A DNA stretch of 64,000 nt from assembly GCA_964304625.1 (NCBI GenBank), contig OZ199840.1, positions 6,575,252-6,639,251 on the forward strand, in the 5' to 3' direction. Shown in pieces: positions 14,172 to 25,868 of this stretch. The notes under the pieces were generated by a model that did not search any database, had not been told where the DNA came from, and saw only the letters and a program-made list of their open reading frames with translations. The translations under genes and the position numbers were made by a program. The stretch comes from Kudoa neothunni. Lineage: Eukaryota; Animalia; Cnidaria. How positions within the stretch are numbered: the stretch's first letter is position 1; every line of letters begins with the position of its first letter.

Positions 14172-14813
14172 ATGAAAGGAATATTTAATTGGATTGTGGT
14201 GATTTCATCTATCTTCCTCTCATTATCGAGTGTATTATCCAGTACGGATAAAGAATTCTGCCGATTGGTCGATCAAATGTCACTACCCCAGCGTCTAAAT
14301 CTAACTATGCAGGAATTTTTGCGCGATTTCAACGACGGTCTTAACTTCACACTTAAATTTTGCTCAAATCTACCAATCAAAAATAATCGTTGCAGAATGG
14401 TTTCACAATGATCTAAAACACAACACACTTAGCTGCAATCAAATGTTGACAAGCATTTTCAAAGGACGATAGAAAACTGGAGAAAATTTATCATAGTTTT
14501 GCGTATGTGTTGGATCATTACGATTGCAGAGAATATTTCAATAGATACTCGCACCTGTGGTCTTGCGATATTTGCCTGGTATACGTGATTTTTGTTGACA
14601 ACGATGTATTTTTTTTCGTTTTAGGAAACGTACAAATATTGGTTGTGTTTAACCAATAATTGGAATCCGAATGTTCCAACGAAAGCATTTATAAAAAGTT
14701 GTTATTATCTGATGCAAAGATGCCCAAACTTTTCTTCTTCCTTCGTCATTGACTATCTTCCCAATTATCATCTGTCCAAAAGGTATTCTTCTTCCCATTT
14801 GAAACCGTTTTAA
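14172..14813 (+). CDS. Mid1/NALF (FAM155/NLF-1)-like Cys-rich NALCN auxiliary protein; frame disrupted or unusually spliced
   Basis: Signal peptide; NFTLKFC; DDRKLEKIYHSFAYVLDHYDC; RYSHLWSCDICL|ETYKYWLC (intron 14579-14624); SCYYLMQRCP. Matches the Mid1/FAM155 pattern YS-x3-C-x2-C-x3-Y-x2-W-x-C...C-x6-CP. Confidence 0.7.
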
Positions 14814-15141
14814 ATGGGAAAAGATTTTTCATTATTAAAAGCTTATGCTAGCCCTCTCCCTAGTAAGTAAATGATGAAGATCCTAAGGAAATTTCAATAT
14901 CATATATTTAAAAATCCACAATTTTAAACTTTTCATTTGTAATTTTTTATGTCTGAAATTAATAATGAGTCGATAAATGAATGAAATGTACTTATCGTTG
15001 TACTAAGTGAAATTATCTCCAATTTTGGTAAAACACTATTTTAATTTTACTAAATCCAATTTTTAGACGTATAAAAATTACTTTAAAAAAATTAAAGAAA
15101 GTTTATGACCAAAAGTTAATTGTACAAACAATAAATCCTTA

Positions 15142-15405
15142 TCTATTTACTATGTATATAAAGCCAATGGTCTGAATATCTGTCTGTCTGTATGCCAACA
15201 AGAGCACCCGTGAAGCACCGTTTTTTCCATATTGAGAGACAATTATGAAACTTTTAATAGTTTTGGATATTTATATAATATTTAAATTAATATTACGCAA
15301 TCTTATAGGCTAACTTAAACTACTAATGTATTTTTAAATGGTCTTAAGGAACTTTTCAATCCAAAATGTTTCTTTTCTAGTGTGAAGCTAGGCGTTTTGC
15401 GCTAG
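15142..15405 (+). mobile_element. non-autonomous Helitron-like element (~264 bp)
   Basis: A|TC 5' end, TATATAAAG, (TCTG)n microsatellite, 3' GTGTGAAGCTAGGCGTTTTGCG-CTAG|T; no TSD. Confidence 0.65.
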
Positions 15406-15878
15406 TTTTAAATAATAACACATAATTTGAGCTTATATGTACTTGTCACATGGAAATGATCCGGTGGCTCTACGCATATTCTAAAAACGATGTAAGATGT
15501 TTGTATAGTTTTTAAGTACTTAGTATTTTGTCTTAATAAATGAAACACAAATTTTTTTTTTATAGTGTCAATCAAATTAGATTCAAATTATAATTAATTT
15601 TACCAGGGAAAGTTTTTATTAGTGTTAGGTTGTTTAAACTTTTATTGCGTATAAAATAATCCATCTAATTTAATAATTGTTTTGAAAAAATCATGAAGTA
15701 AAATTGAAACTCTTAAATCCCTAATTATTTCCCACCTCCAGATTTTACCATTAGCATTCAGATCGATGGTAGGTTTTTTTTACGCCTAAAATATTCAATA
15801 TGGTATCCAAACTGTATGAAAATATAGCGTATCTCATATTATAGGCAATTTTAGAATCTATATATTTCGTTACTTTAA

Positions 15879-17505
15879 GGCAGGGCAGTGGCTATTCTCG
15901 TGGGACCGAACAACATCTCCGTTATAGGCGATATTTTCAAATCTGACTCCATATTTGAATTTAAACTATTTTTAATCTAATTTTTAAAGAATAAAAATTC
16001 AACACTTTGTCTGCCCTATTTACGCTGTTCACTAATAGTACATTCACGTTTTTGAGTCTAATATTATGTAACATAAACATTATAATTTAAATGAAATGAA
16101 ATGTAAACATGTGTAATGGCGGGTTAGAAACCTTGAGTTTAATTACGTCTCAACGCACGCCGTTTAACTTAGAATAAGTCTCCCCAATCATTTACGAAAC
16201 ATGTACGTTTCTATCTATACATTTTTTAATATAAAATTTAACAAAATTGTCGCTAATTAATGGATATTACTTGGATTCGAACTATTTTACATCGATGTAA
16301 ACCACTTTTCATATTTACCTATAAGATCATACCATAATTTCGGGGAATGTTCGTTTTTTTGTCCCTACAAATGTATATTCTTTAATCAGAATTTTGAGAA
16401 AGGTTTTCATGGCGCCTCATTCGTGAATACGGACCCTATAAATACAGGAACCCGTGAGTTTAAATTTAAGAGTATGTCTATACTGCTTAATTTAAACTTA
16501 TTTATCAATTTTAACAAGCAGGGTGATTCTAAATTTTCTGCAATTAATCCCTCTGGCAATGTCTTAATGGGTATATTTATAAAATGAAAATTTTTGAATG
16601 ATGATTTTTGGGGTACGTTTGTTTGGCTTTTGTAAAGCGAGCCAACGAAGGAATGTAGTAATTATTTTAATAAAAAATGTAGAAGTTAAAATAACGGTTA
16701 TTTTGAATTGTTCTGAAAAATTTCATTTTAAGATTGTAAACATTTTTTTCCTGATACTAAGGAATGTGTAATTTTAATAGTTCAGAAAAATCAATTTTCA
16801 TTCCAATGAAGAATTGATCACCTTATCCATTAGCCATGGTTGTTTAGCTGTGCGCCCAAAAAATTTCTCAAAAATAACCACATTTGAAATATTAGCAATA
16901 ATATTTTTGAATAAAAGATATAGGTTTGAGCAAATCAATTTAAAAGCGCTTCATATGAAGCAATAATGACACCATTTTTCAGACTTATTCCATGCAATTG
17001 GTATTTTATATCTTACGAAAGCTTAAATTTCTCTTTACAATTTAATGTAATATATAAACTTGTCTTGCAGATTTCAGTTATTTCAAAGTTCTTTAAAATT
17101 TAGAAACAATCTCATGAAATAGAACGCCCACAACCAAATAGGATTCACGCGCATATTCAGACATGGTGGGGTGACACAAGAATGCACGAACAGAACAGTT
17201 TTTACTTATTATTAAATGTGTCTACATTTCATTTCAACTATAATGTTTATATTACATAATATTAGACTCAAAAACGTGAATGTACTATTAGTGAACAGCG
17301 TAAATAGGGCAGACAAAGTGTTGAATTTTTATTCTTTAAATTTCAAATAATTTTTACATACAAAATTAGATTAAAAATAGCTCAATTCAAATATGAAGTC
17401 GGATTTGAAATATCGCTTATAATAGAGGAGTTATTTATTTCCATGTGAATAGTCAGTCCCGAGAAAGGATTAAACGGATCCATGAGAATAGCCATTGTCT
17501 TACTT
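15879..17505. mobile_element. non-autonomous long-TIR element with TTAA TSD (Kolobok-like)
   Basis: TTAA at 15875-15878 and 17506-17509; purine-purine start; ~230-bp inverted arms, with 15983-16084 vs 17239-17340 nearly identical. Confidence 0.7.
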
Positions 17506-17947
17506 TTAATCGAAATAGAATCCATTCTCATCATGCGCTATTCTGTTAGTAAATAAGAAATTAGTGGTTTATTCCGTCAGACCGCTATTTCTACATATCC
17601 TTCATTAAAATGAGAATAACATTAAGAAAGTATTCTAAATTAATCAAATATAACTGTTGTCTCTAAAAAAAGAACAATTTAAGAGAAAAAGATTGACGGT
17701 TAACTAGTACTATGTTTATCAAACTATAAAACTATTTATATCTTCGATTTAGTCATATTTTTCATTAAAATTGTATTACTTTTTTATTTCGAGCAATTTT
17801 TTAACTAAAAACAGGATAAAATTATATAAAAATCTAAAAAATGTGTTAAAATAGCGAAACTTTAATCCCCCCCCCCGTAAATGTTTGATTAAGATACATC
17901 ATAAAATTATCGGAAAGGTGTAATATTTTACGTTTATCTGTATATAA

Positions 17948-18261
17948 CAGGGGAAGCCAGACTTGCTTAAAATAGGAGCCATGTTGCATAAACTTCAAAT
18001 TTTTGGAGCCACAGGAATATAAATTATATTTTGAGGTTTATTATTATATTTTGGCTAAAAGTTTTAATTAATAATGAATTAATGTTAAATTCATGCGTTC
18101 TTATTCATAATAACTGCATTATCGTATGGCTTTCAAAGTATCCAAATAATTTTATGAGCAAAATTTAATGAAACAATAAGCCAAGTCAAAATTTTTCGAG
18201 ATCCGTAATTCAACTTCCAAGAGTCATACGCGGCTCGCGAGCCTCAGTTTGACCACTCCTG
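17948..18261. mobile_element. hAT (Charlie-type) MITE, 314 bp
   Basis: Termini CAGGGG...CTCCTG; perfect 8-bp TSD GTATATAA (17940-17947, 18262-18269); subterminal GCGGCTCGCGAGCC. Confidence 0.85.
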
Positions 18262-18924
18262 GTATATAACCATCTTCTGCTTTATTTTATTTCACTCCCT
18301 ATCATTTGTCCATTAATCTTAAATTTTGACCAAAAAATTTTCAAACGTTTAAAAAGTTATATGTAAACTTACCAAATGATATTGTTAAATTTCTTTATTT
18401 CCAACGTTAGTTAAATTATTTATATAATCATTATCTGTTGCCAATAATTTATCAAATAGGCTTAAAAGTGCTTATTAATTTTCTCATATTCTTCTATTTA
18501 TATTGAACATAAAATTCTTAAATATTTAAATTAATATAATTTATTATAATCCAAAAAATAATAAAAAATTTAAAAATGCGCAAAAGCAGTAGAAAAATAA
18601 ATTTTTTCAATTTCTAATTTACTATTTTAATGTTTTTTCAATTTTAAATTAATCAAAATTTAAAAGAATCAACAAAACTATCAGAAAAGATTAGGAATTC
18701 GCGCTAGTTGATAAAAAAAAATAATGTCGTTAAAACGTGCACCGAAATTTTTTACGAAAAGAGAGGGAAAAACAAACTTTAATACCTTTATTTCTTAATT
18801 TGAAATTAAATTTTTACATTAAAGTCGACAAAAAGTTCATGAGTACCGAAAATGATCCAACATGCTGGAAGACCTACACCAGTCCACTATAGATTACTAA
18901 AGGAGGTGCGTGCGCCACAGTTAA

Positions 18925-20861
18925 ATGCCAAATTCCCGACCCACCACAACAAATTCTTCAGTCTCCAACTTTAAGCGATCTACAAATTCATTTTATTTTG
19001 CATCCATTTTCAACCATTTGGACGTAAATTGAGCCCATCTTCGTCGAATTTATGTAACTGGTGACTCAATAGAAAAGGGTTGGAAATAAAATAGCCAGTT
19101 CGTTACGATACGAAATTCCAAATACGAAGAATACTCGTTATGTAGATAATTAGTAGGATCGGTCTTATTTGTTACGTATGAATCTAGCTCGACATACCGT
19201 ACGGTCATACGAATAATGCATCCTATGGAGTTGCTACTAAGTTCTGTTCAACTTATTCCACAAGAGCCCGTTCTCCAATGCTTACGACAAAAGTTAACAC
19301 CTACATGCCATATTTTAAAAAATTAAACTTGTTATAGTGGTTTCGAGATGGGTCAAGAATAATTTCTGGTAACTCGTGTGGAGAGTTAGCAGTTTGGAAC
19401 CACCGAGAGCAATCCATTGAAATTGGGTTTAGTGTATTTTTTCCGATATAGGAATCCTCTCTTCAAAAAACCATCTGTACTATAGGCACATGACACAAGC
19501 GTGCAATGTTTTGAATTCAATTCTACAGATGAATTCTCTATTAGCGTAGACCATGGCGGCTTTATTAAGTATTGGCAAGGGAATTTGAACTTTGTCCAGC
19601 AGGTTTTCGGTCACAACGATCCTGCAAGAGATATAAGGTAGAAAAGACTTTTATTGGGATGAATAATCCTATCAGTCAATCAACGACAAATTCATTTATA
19701 TCGTACATACTGTAGTTTCTCACCTACTGATGAAAAATTTGCGACATGTGGTGATGATGGTTATATTAAAGTTTGGGATTTCGAACAGTGCAAAATGGAT
19801 ATATCTTTGAGTGGTATGTTGATTCTGGAAGAGAATTAGGATTATACTGCTACATCAAGCCCGATCTTATTGTGTGATTTACTGTCAACTGTGTAGGGCA
19901 TGGCAGTGAAGTTAAGTGTGTAGATTGGCATCCAACGAAAGGTCTCATTGCTTCGGGCGCCAAAGACAGTCTTCAGCCGGTACTATTTTGGGACCCCCGA
20001 TCAAGCACTTCATTATGCACATTGTAATCCAACTTAAGATAATGTGTTCTCGTTATAATTCACTCTAACGCATTTGTAACACTAGACACATGCATAATAA
20101 CGCCGTCAATGATCTCAAGTGGAATAAGCATGGCAATTTTCTTGCAACCTGTTCGAAAGATAAACTCATAAAATTGTTTGACTTACGCGCTATGAAAGAG
20201 TTTGCTACATTCCGAGGTCACAAAAGTGACATTATAAGTATGTGATCTGTTAATCACAGCTTTTTCTAAGATGTTTGTGATATTGTTTTAGGCATTGCTT
20301 GGAATCCTGTTGTAGAGAGATTGTTTGCGACTGGTTCGTTGGATGGATCCTTTATTTATTGGGATGCTAGGTAAGTTATAGTCGTCGTTGATTTGAGTCG
20401 ATATTGTTTAAGCTGTCCCACTAAACCAATGGCAGTTATGGAAAATGTACATGATGGCGCCATTTGGTCCATGTCTTGGCACCCTCTTGGGCACAGTCTT
20501 GTCACAAGTTCCAATGATTGTACAAAGTAGCTGCTTGACAAAAAATAATTAGATAACCTATTTTAGCCGGGTTTGGGTGAGAAATGATATTGGTGACACC
20601 CTCGACAGTTTCTGTTGTATTCCACACAAATCAACTGTGGGATTGATTCACTCTGAGAGTCTACTTCCTAAAACCCTGCCTGGCATCTGCGCCACAGAAA
20701 CCGATCAAAATGCTGATTCTATTTCTACACCAACAACACCTCATCCTATTCTTTATCACGAACCTCGAGTGTCATGTAACAATCCATCGAATAAAATATC
20801 TGATAAAACAACAATTGATGAAGAAGACAACTATCTTTACAATTCTAGTGTAGCTATTTGA
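18925..20861 (+). CDS. WDR33: WDR33/Pfs2 polyadenylation factor, 11 exons, short form without the collagen-like tail
   Basis: Spliced translation gives [88 protein letters not shown]; all introns GT-AG. The start codon is less certain. Confidence 0.93.
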
Positions 20862-21482
20862 ATAGTTTATTTTATAGATGTTTATTTATATGCGCAATTT
20901 GTCTGTCTACTTTGTTGACCTTTTTCCTCGAATATGTTATTCGTAATCCGAGAAATAAATTTTTGTTGTGAGGAATTTATTTGCATCCTAACGTATAATT
21001 TTCTCTCAATGCTTCATATTTATTTAGTTTGTGGTTTTAAGATTCCGACAGGCAATAGTTTAACAACGATGAAACATGTCAGATTACATCAACTCCCTTG
21101 GGTCGTTAGAGTTAACAGCATCCCCTCAAATGTCTACTTATTTATATAATGGGTTATTTGGTGTGAATCTAACAAAGTTAAACTATGTTGAATTAACTTT
21201 GGTTTTTAAATAAACTATCGTTTTCATTAGTTTTTACTTTGAGTCTTTATCCGTAGAGAATAAATTATTTTTCCTGGTAGAGACATATAGAGCTAATGAC
21301 TCTAAATATGAGGCCAATTAATGAGTCATTCAAGAATGGTATAATTTGGCGGTCACTGAAAATGTTTCAACCCCACAAACAAAGGCTTACAAGTTTGTTG
21401 TTAGTGGCGCCTTGTCCGTAAACAATACGCTAAAAACTCGTATTTGCTTTGGTTTGGTGTAAAATCTCACACATACGAAACA

Positions 21483-22366
21483 ATGTTGAATGATTACCTG
21501 CTTCCATATGAGAGACTCCCTGGAATTGATAACTCCAAAAACGAGAACAATTACAATTCACCCACTTGCAACAATATGCATGGGACTATTAATGGATTTC
21601 TCAGTAGTTCAAAGTTGCAAAAAAATAATTCATCCAAGAATAAAAGCGACGTAGAGAGAGCGTCACCTTCTAAAAACGTTCCAGATTCAAAACATCAGGT
21701 TATTACTAGGGTCTATAATAGTAATACCGATAGGAAATCCATTGCTGGACAGCTGGGAACCTCCCGTTTCTCTATGGGGTAAAATTATTGGAGGAACCAA
21801 AATAAATATGTTGTAGAGACAGTAGAAAAAATTCATCTCAGTATGGGAAACCACCCCAAATCACTAGAAATGATACCACAGTTAACGATGATTCATTCTC
21901 GAGCGACACTATTTTGTCGCTCGATTGTATAGCCCTTCATAGCTTCATGTTGATTATTGTTTCAACACTAATAATTATTTATGGTTATCATCAACAGTTG
22001 GAATTGAACCGTTTATTCTATGCTTATATTATTTTCAATATGACTGTAATATGTGAAGAGTTTTTAGAACTGCTGCTCTCATTTGTATCGTCCTTAAGAT
22101 ATTGTACAAGATTTGTCAATTCAAAATGTATACTGATATACTCCCAGTATTTTTGTTATGTACTCAAACATGTTATATTGTTGTCGCTCAACGCTGCCTT
22201 TGGAGTTTACGTATTTAACAACCCGGAAACTGTGGACGTGGATGCAACCAAAACTCCGTTCATAATATTCTGTGGCTCGTTGGCTTTTTTGAATTCTCTT
22301 CTTTCTTGGTTCATCTTAAGTATGATAGCTTTTATTTTGCTTCGTAGTATTTGGAGCCGATCCTAA
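21483..22366 (+). CDS. uncharacterised membrane protein (polar N-terminal half, ~4 TM helices); 2 exons, intron 21779-21816
   Basis: A 38-nt GT-AG intron joins ORFs 21444-21782 and 21914-22366 in frame; four hydrophobic stretches in the C-terminal half. Confidence 0.7.
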
Positions 22367-22757
22367 TTTATGTGTTTTCTCATTGCGTGTTATACCTCAG
22401 TGTTAATACAACAAAGTCCATTAGTGGGATTTGAATTCTGTTTGTATTTAAGTATGTGGCGCGATACCTAACAAATTTGGATTTATTTTTATTCATAATG
22501 GTTCAATTAAAATGGCGATTCTTCGACTTATCAACATCTTGTGCTTTGCATCTTAGAACTTACAACGTTCTGAGAATCGTTTTTAACTTAAACATAAGAT
22601 TATCAATGTTAAGTCGAGCCATTTATTTGTATGTTTGTTTGTTTATTTATTTATTTATTTATTTAAAAATTATCTCATAAAGAAAGATCAAATCTTCTCA
22701 TTAATTAAAACAAGTTTAGATCGTTTTCGAATATTATTAGAATTGGAAATTGATATA

Positions 22758-23804
22758 CAGTCGAACCCCGTTTACCCCAAAATCGCGCTATCCGAATGAT
22801 TTTTTAAATTTTATTTGAAAATGATTTAGATTCTAAATAAAAAACTTTCGTTTAGCCGAAATTTCAACAACCGCAATCCGAAACAACTTTTCGCTGGAAT
22901 TTACGGATAAAAATGCCTTTAAGCCTGGATTAGTGCCTGGTTAAAATGACACCTACATTTATTTTTTTGGTGCATATGTTCGTTATTTATTCAATTTAAG
23001 TTGATGTTTGATTAATAGAAATAGCATAACATAGATAATATAGTGTTTTATGTTCAAAATGCAACCATGTTCACAATTAACGAATAAATGTTGGGTAAAG
23101 ACAAACTCCCTTATATCTTTTCATGAATAATAAAATATAAAAATGGAATTTATGGGATTGTTTAACCACACACTAGCAGTGACTTCATAAGACCAATTTA
23201 TCCATGGAATTGGCCCAACTCACAATATCCCACACATCAGTTTCTTCCCATAACACCTTTGCTTTAAGCCCTATTGAATATTAACAATGACCAATCAATA
23301 TTAAATTGTTGGGATATAGCATATTATAATTAATGAGGCAATTTTAAATATCGTTATGGAGAATTTTGGTAAAATACTCCTCATAGTTATTTTATTATCC
23401 TTACCATCATTATTAGTACAACTCACAATATCCAAATAGGGAGGAAATTATAAAAAAATTAATAATAATAGTCCATTTTTTAGAATCTAGAATGTATCAT
23501 TCTAATATGGCGCAGCGGCGTCAAGGTCGCACATATCGACAATATGCGTGCGCCGGCTAAGTTGATCTTGAACTATTGTCTTAAAATAATGTTTTCACAT
23601 TGTGTTCACTAGTATAACTTATATATAGTGGAATTTTCTTTAAAAGCATAAAACAAACATTGAGTAGTGAGAAATAAAGTGTGTAACCAACCTACCATTT
23701 TCCCGCCACACACGCGCATTCATCGAACTTCGTTTACTCGAAATTTCAGTATCCAGAAGAAAAATGTCAGGCCCCAACATTTTCGGATAAATGGGGTTCG
23801 ACTG
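22758..23804. mobile_element. Tigger/pogo-type deletion derivative (MITE)
   Basis: TIR CAGTCGAACCCCGTTTA / TAAATGGGGTTCGACTG with TA on both sides; no intact ORF. Confidence 0.85.
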
Positions 23805-23869
23805 TATATTTATGTACGACACAATGGGTCAAAATATGGCTCAATCCAAAATGGCTGATTTTTTTTAAA

Positions 23870-25629
23870 TAGACAATAAGATTTAACTTTTTTTCTGTTA
23901 TAGAACTTTTATTTACTTGTATTTTGGCAATAAAAGTGACACCAATTTTTTCTGTTACGTTCCCAAAATGAGATAATTCTAATATGTTGCGGGGAATAGT
24001 GTACAAAATTGATTGCAGTTGATTTTACGTTTTCCATCGTCCGGAAGGGATTATACAAAACTGGTTGTCTATTGTATCTTATTTATATTTAATTTACCTT
24101 TGAAGTATAATGTTTCTTTTCTTGTTCGTGTAACTTTTGTAAACAAAGTAGAAATTATTGTAAAACCATTTTCCCGCTAAAAAATAAATTCGTCATATAA
24201 TTCCTCATTTGAGATTGAGAAGAGGCACGGGAATCAAAATAAATTAGGAAATGCCGATACAGGAATTAACAACCTGGAAAAGATTCTTATATATTTTTAA
24301 GACTTTTCTTGCATTTCAAAATTAAGAGCAGATGAATTCTTACACCCTCAATCAAACGCGCCGTCTTAGAAAATGACAAATCATTTATGTGTTTAAACAA
24401 CTCAAGAAAATTAGGTCCTTAAATTATTATAATTAAAGAAAACTAAATATATGAAATACCAAATCATAACAAAAAACAGTTGTGAACTTAAATTAAGATG
24501 CACTAAGAAAGTTGGCCAGAGATGTACGAGGAGTTTGTTGTTTATCACTGAGATTATTTGTGGGGGCCAAACTGATTTCAACGAGGTTAGGACTTTGTTC
24601 GAAACGGTTAAGCAAATGAGTCACTGAAGGCTCAATCTCAACAAAAGTGTCCTTATTTTGTTCAACAAAAAGTTGATCAATTGCGGAATAATTGTTGGTT
24701 GGCAAATTCCATTGGCGATTCTCTTGAGACAGCCCAGCAGTATAATTATTTAGCTGCTTCTTAAGGATTATTACAAATAAAAACTAAATCCAACCCATTA
24801 ATAACTTACATTGTTAGCCAATAACATGACATTGGTTTTAAACAATTCCAACATTTTCATATCACTAGCGCATTTGAATAGCCGATTGTCGGAGTAACAA
24901 TCTTTTACTGTTCTAGGTACAACATTTAAAATTTCTGAAACAACCATTTTGGCATCAGTAACCAAACTATTGTCTCTGTATAAGTAAAGTTTAATTACAC
25001 AAAACATATCAACAAGTACTTTCGATCAGCATCTTGGATGAGTGTTGGTTTTAAATATGATTTACATTCTCGGTATTGATGAATTTGATCGAGGATATTT
25101 TGATATCTAAACGATGGGAATAGAAATTTAGACGGAAGTTGTGATCAATTTACTTCACACATTGACTGTTATACAAATTGTCGTAGAGTTGTTTGTCTAG
25201 TTCCATCGAGTAGTATTCTTTCCTGTAATTTATTCAATATTACTCAATAGAGTCAAGTCATCAAATACATGTAGCTATAGTTCATCGATTTAACGATAGG
25301 GTTCACGCTGAAATTGATTAATTCGGGACTATTTGACAACAATTCTTTGAATTGAGTAGTTTCAACTAGCTCAACTAACAACAAAAACGTAAAGGTTTTC
25401 ATTTCCCCCTTAAATTACTCAGTTTTTCTGCCATCGCTTCATTGAAAAACTTTTTAACGACATACTATACAAATCTATCAATATGCATTTTTTCAAAAAA
25501 AACCTACCGTGATGGAAAACTGAAGGACTCTAATTTGCCAGCTATCTTCGTGATGGTGCTTATGTCGCTTCATAGTCGGGAACGGATAAGGCGCGAATAA
25601 GATGCGCAATCATAACAAACATTATCCAT
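23870..25629 (-). CDS. uncharacterised multi-exon gene (about 9-11 exons), head-to-head with HRD1
   Basis: Central exons splice in frame (KEYYSMELDKQLYDNLY...KYQNILDQIHQYREC...DNSLVTDAKMVVSEIL...KQLNNYTAGLSQEN...) with GT-AG introns of ~45-50 nt; terminal exons uncertain. Confidence 0.6.
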
Positions 25630-25757
25630 TAAATTTTGTTTAGTTATTTTAAGTTAGATAACCCAGTAAAAGAATTATCTATTTTAAGTCACATATTCCT
25701 CCCGAATACAATAACTACTTCAATCACTAATAATACGTTTCAGTAATAGATAACTAA

Positions 25758-25767
25758 TGACGTGGCA
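25758..25767 (+). promoter_or_regulatory. UPRE / XBP1-CREB3-type site TGACGTGGCA upstream of HRD1
   Basis: Exact TGACGTGG consensus 100-200 bp upstream of the candidate HRD1 starts, in an otherwise very AT-rich spacer; HRD1 is a known UPR target. Confidence 0.65.
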
Positions 25768-25868
25768 ACAGTATATTTAAAAAACAAGTACTCAGAAAAG
25801 ATGCCTCAACATTATTTTATGAATATATAACTAATAAAGTTATTTTTTCAGTTAAAAATATATAAAAT

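Noticed and set aside
14445-14450. In-frame TGA (KC*QAF) suggesting stop-codon reassignment or selenocysteine
   Set aside because: It lies in a frame bypassed by either the +1 model or the intron model; WDR33 uses TGA as a normal stop and the conserved genes have no internal stops.
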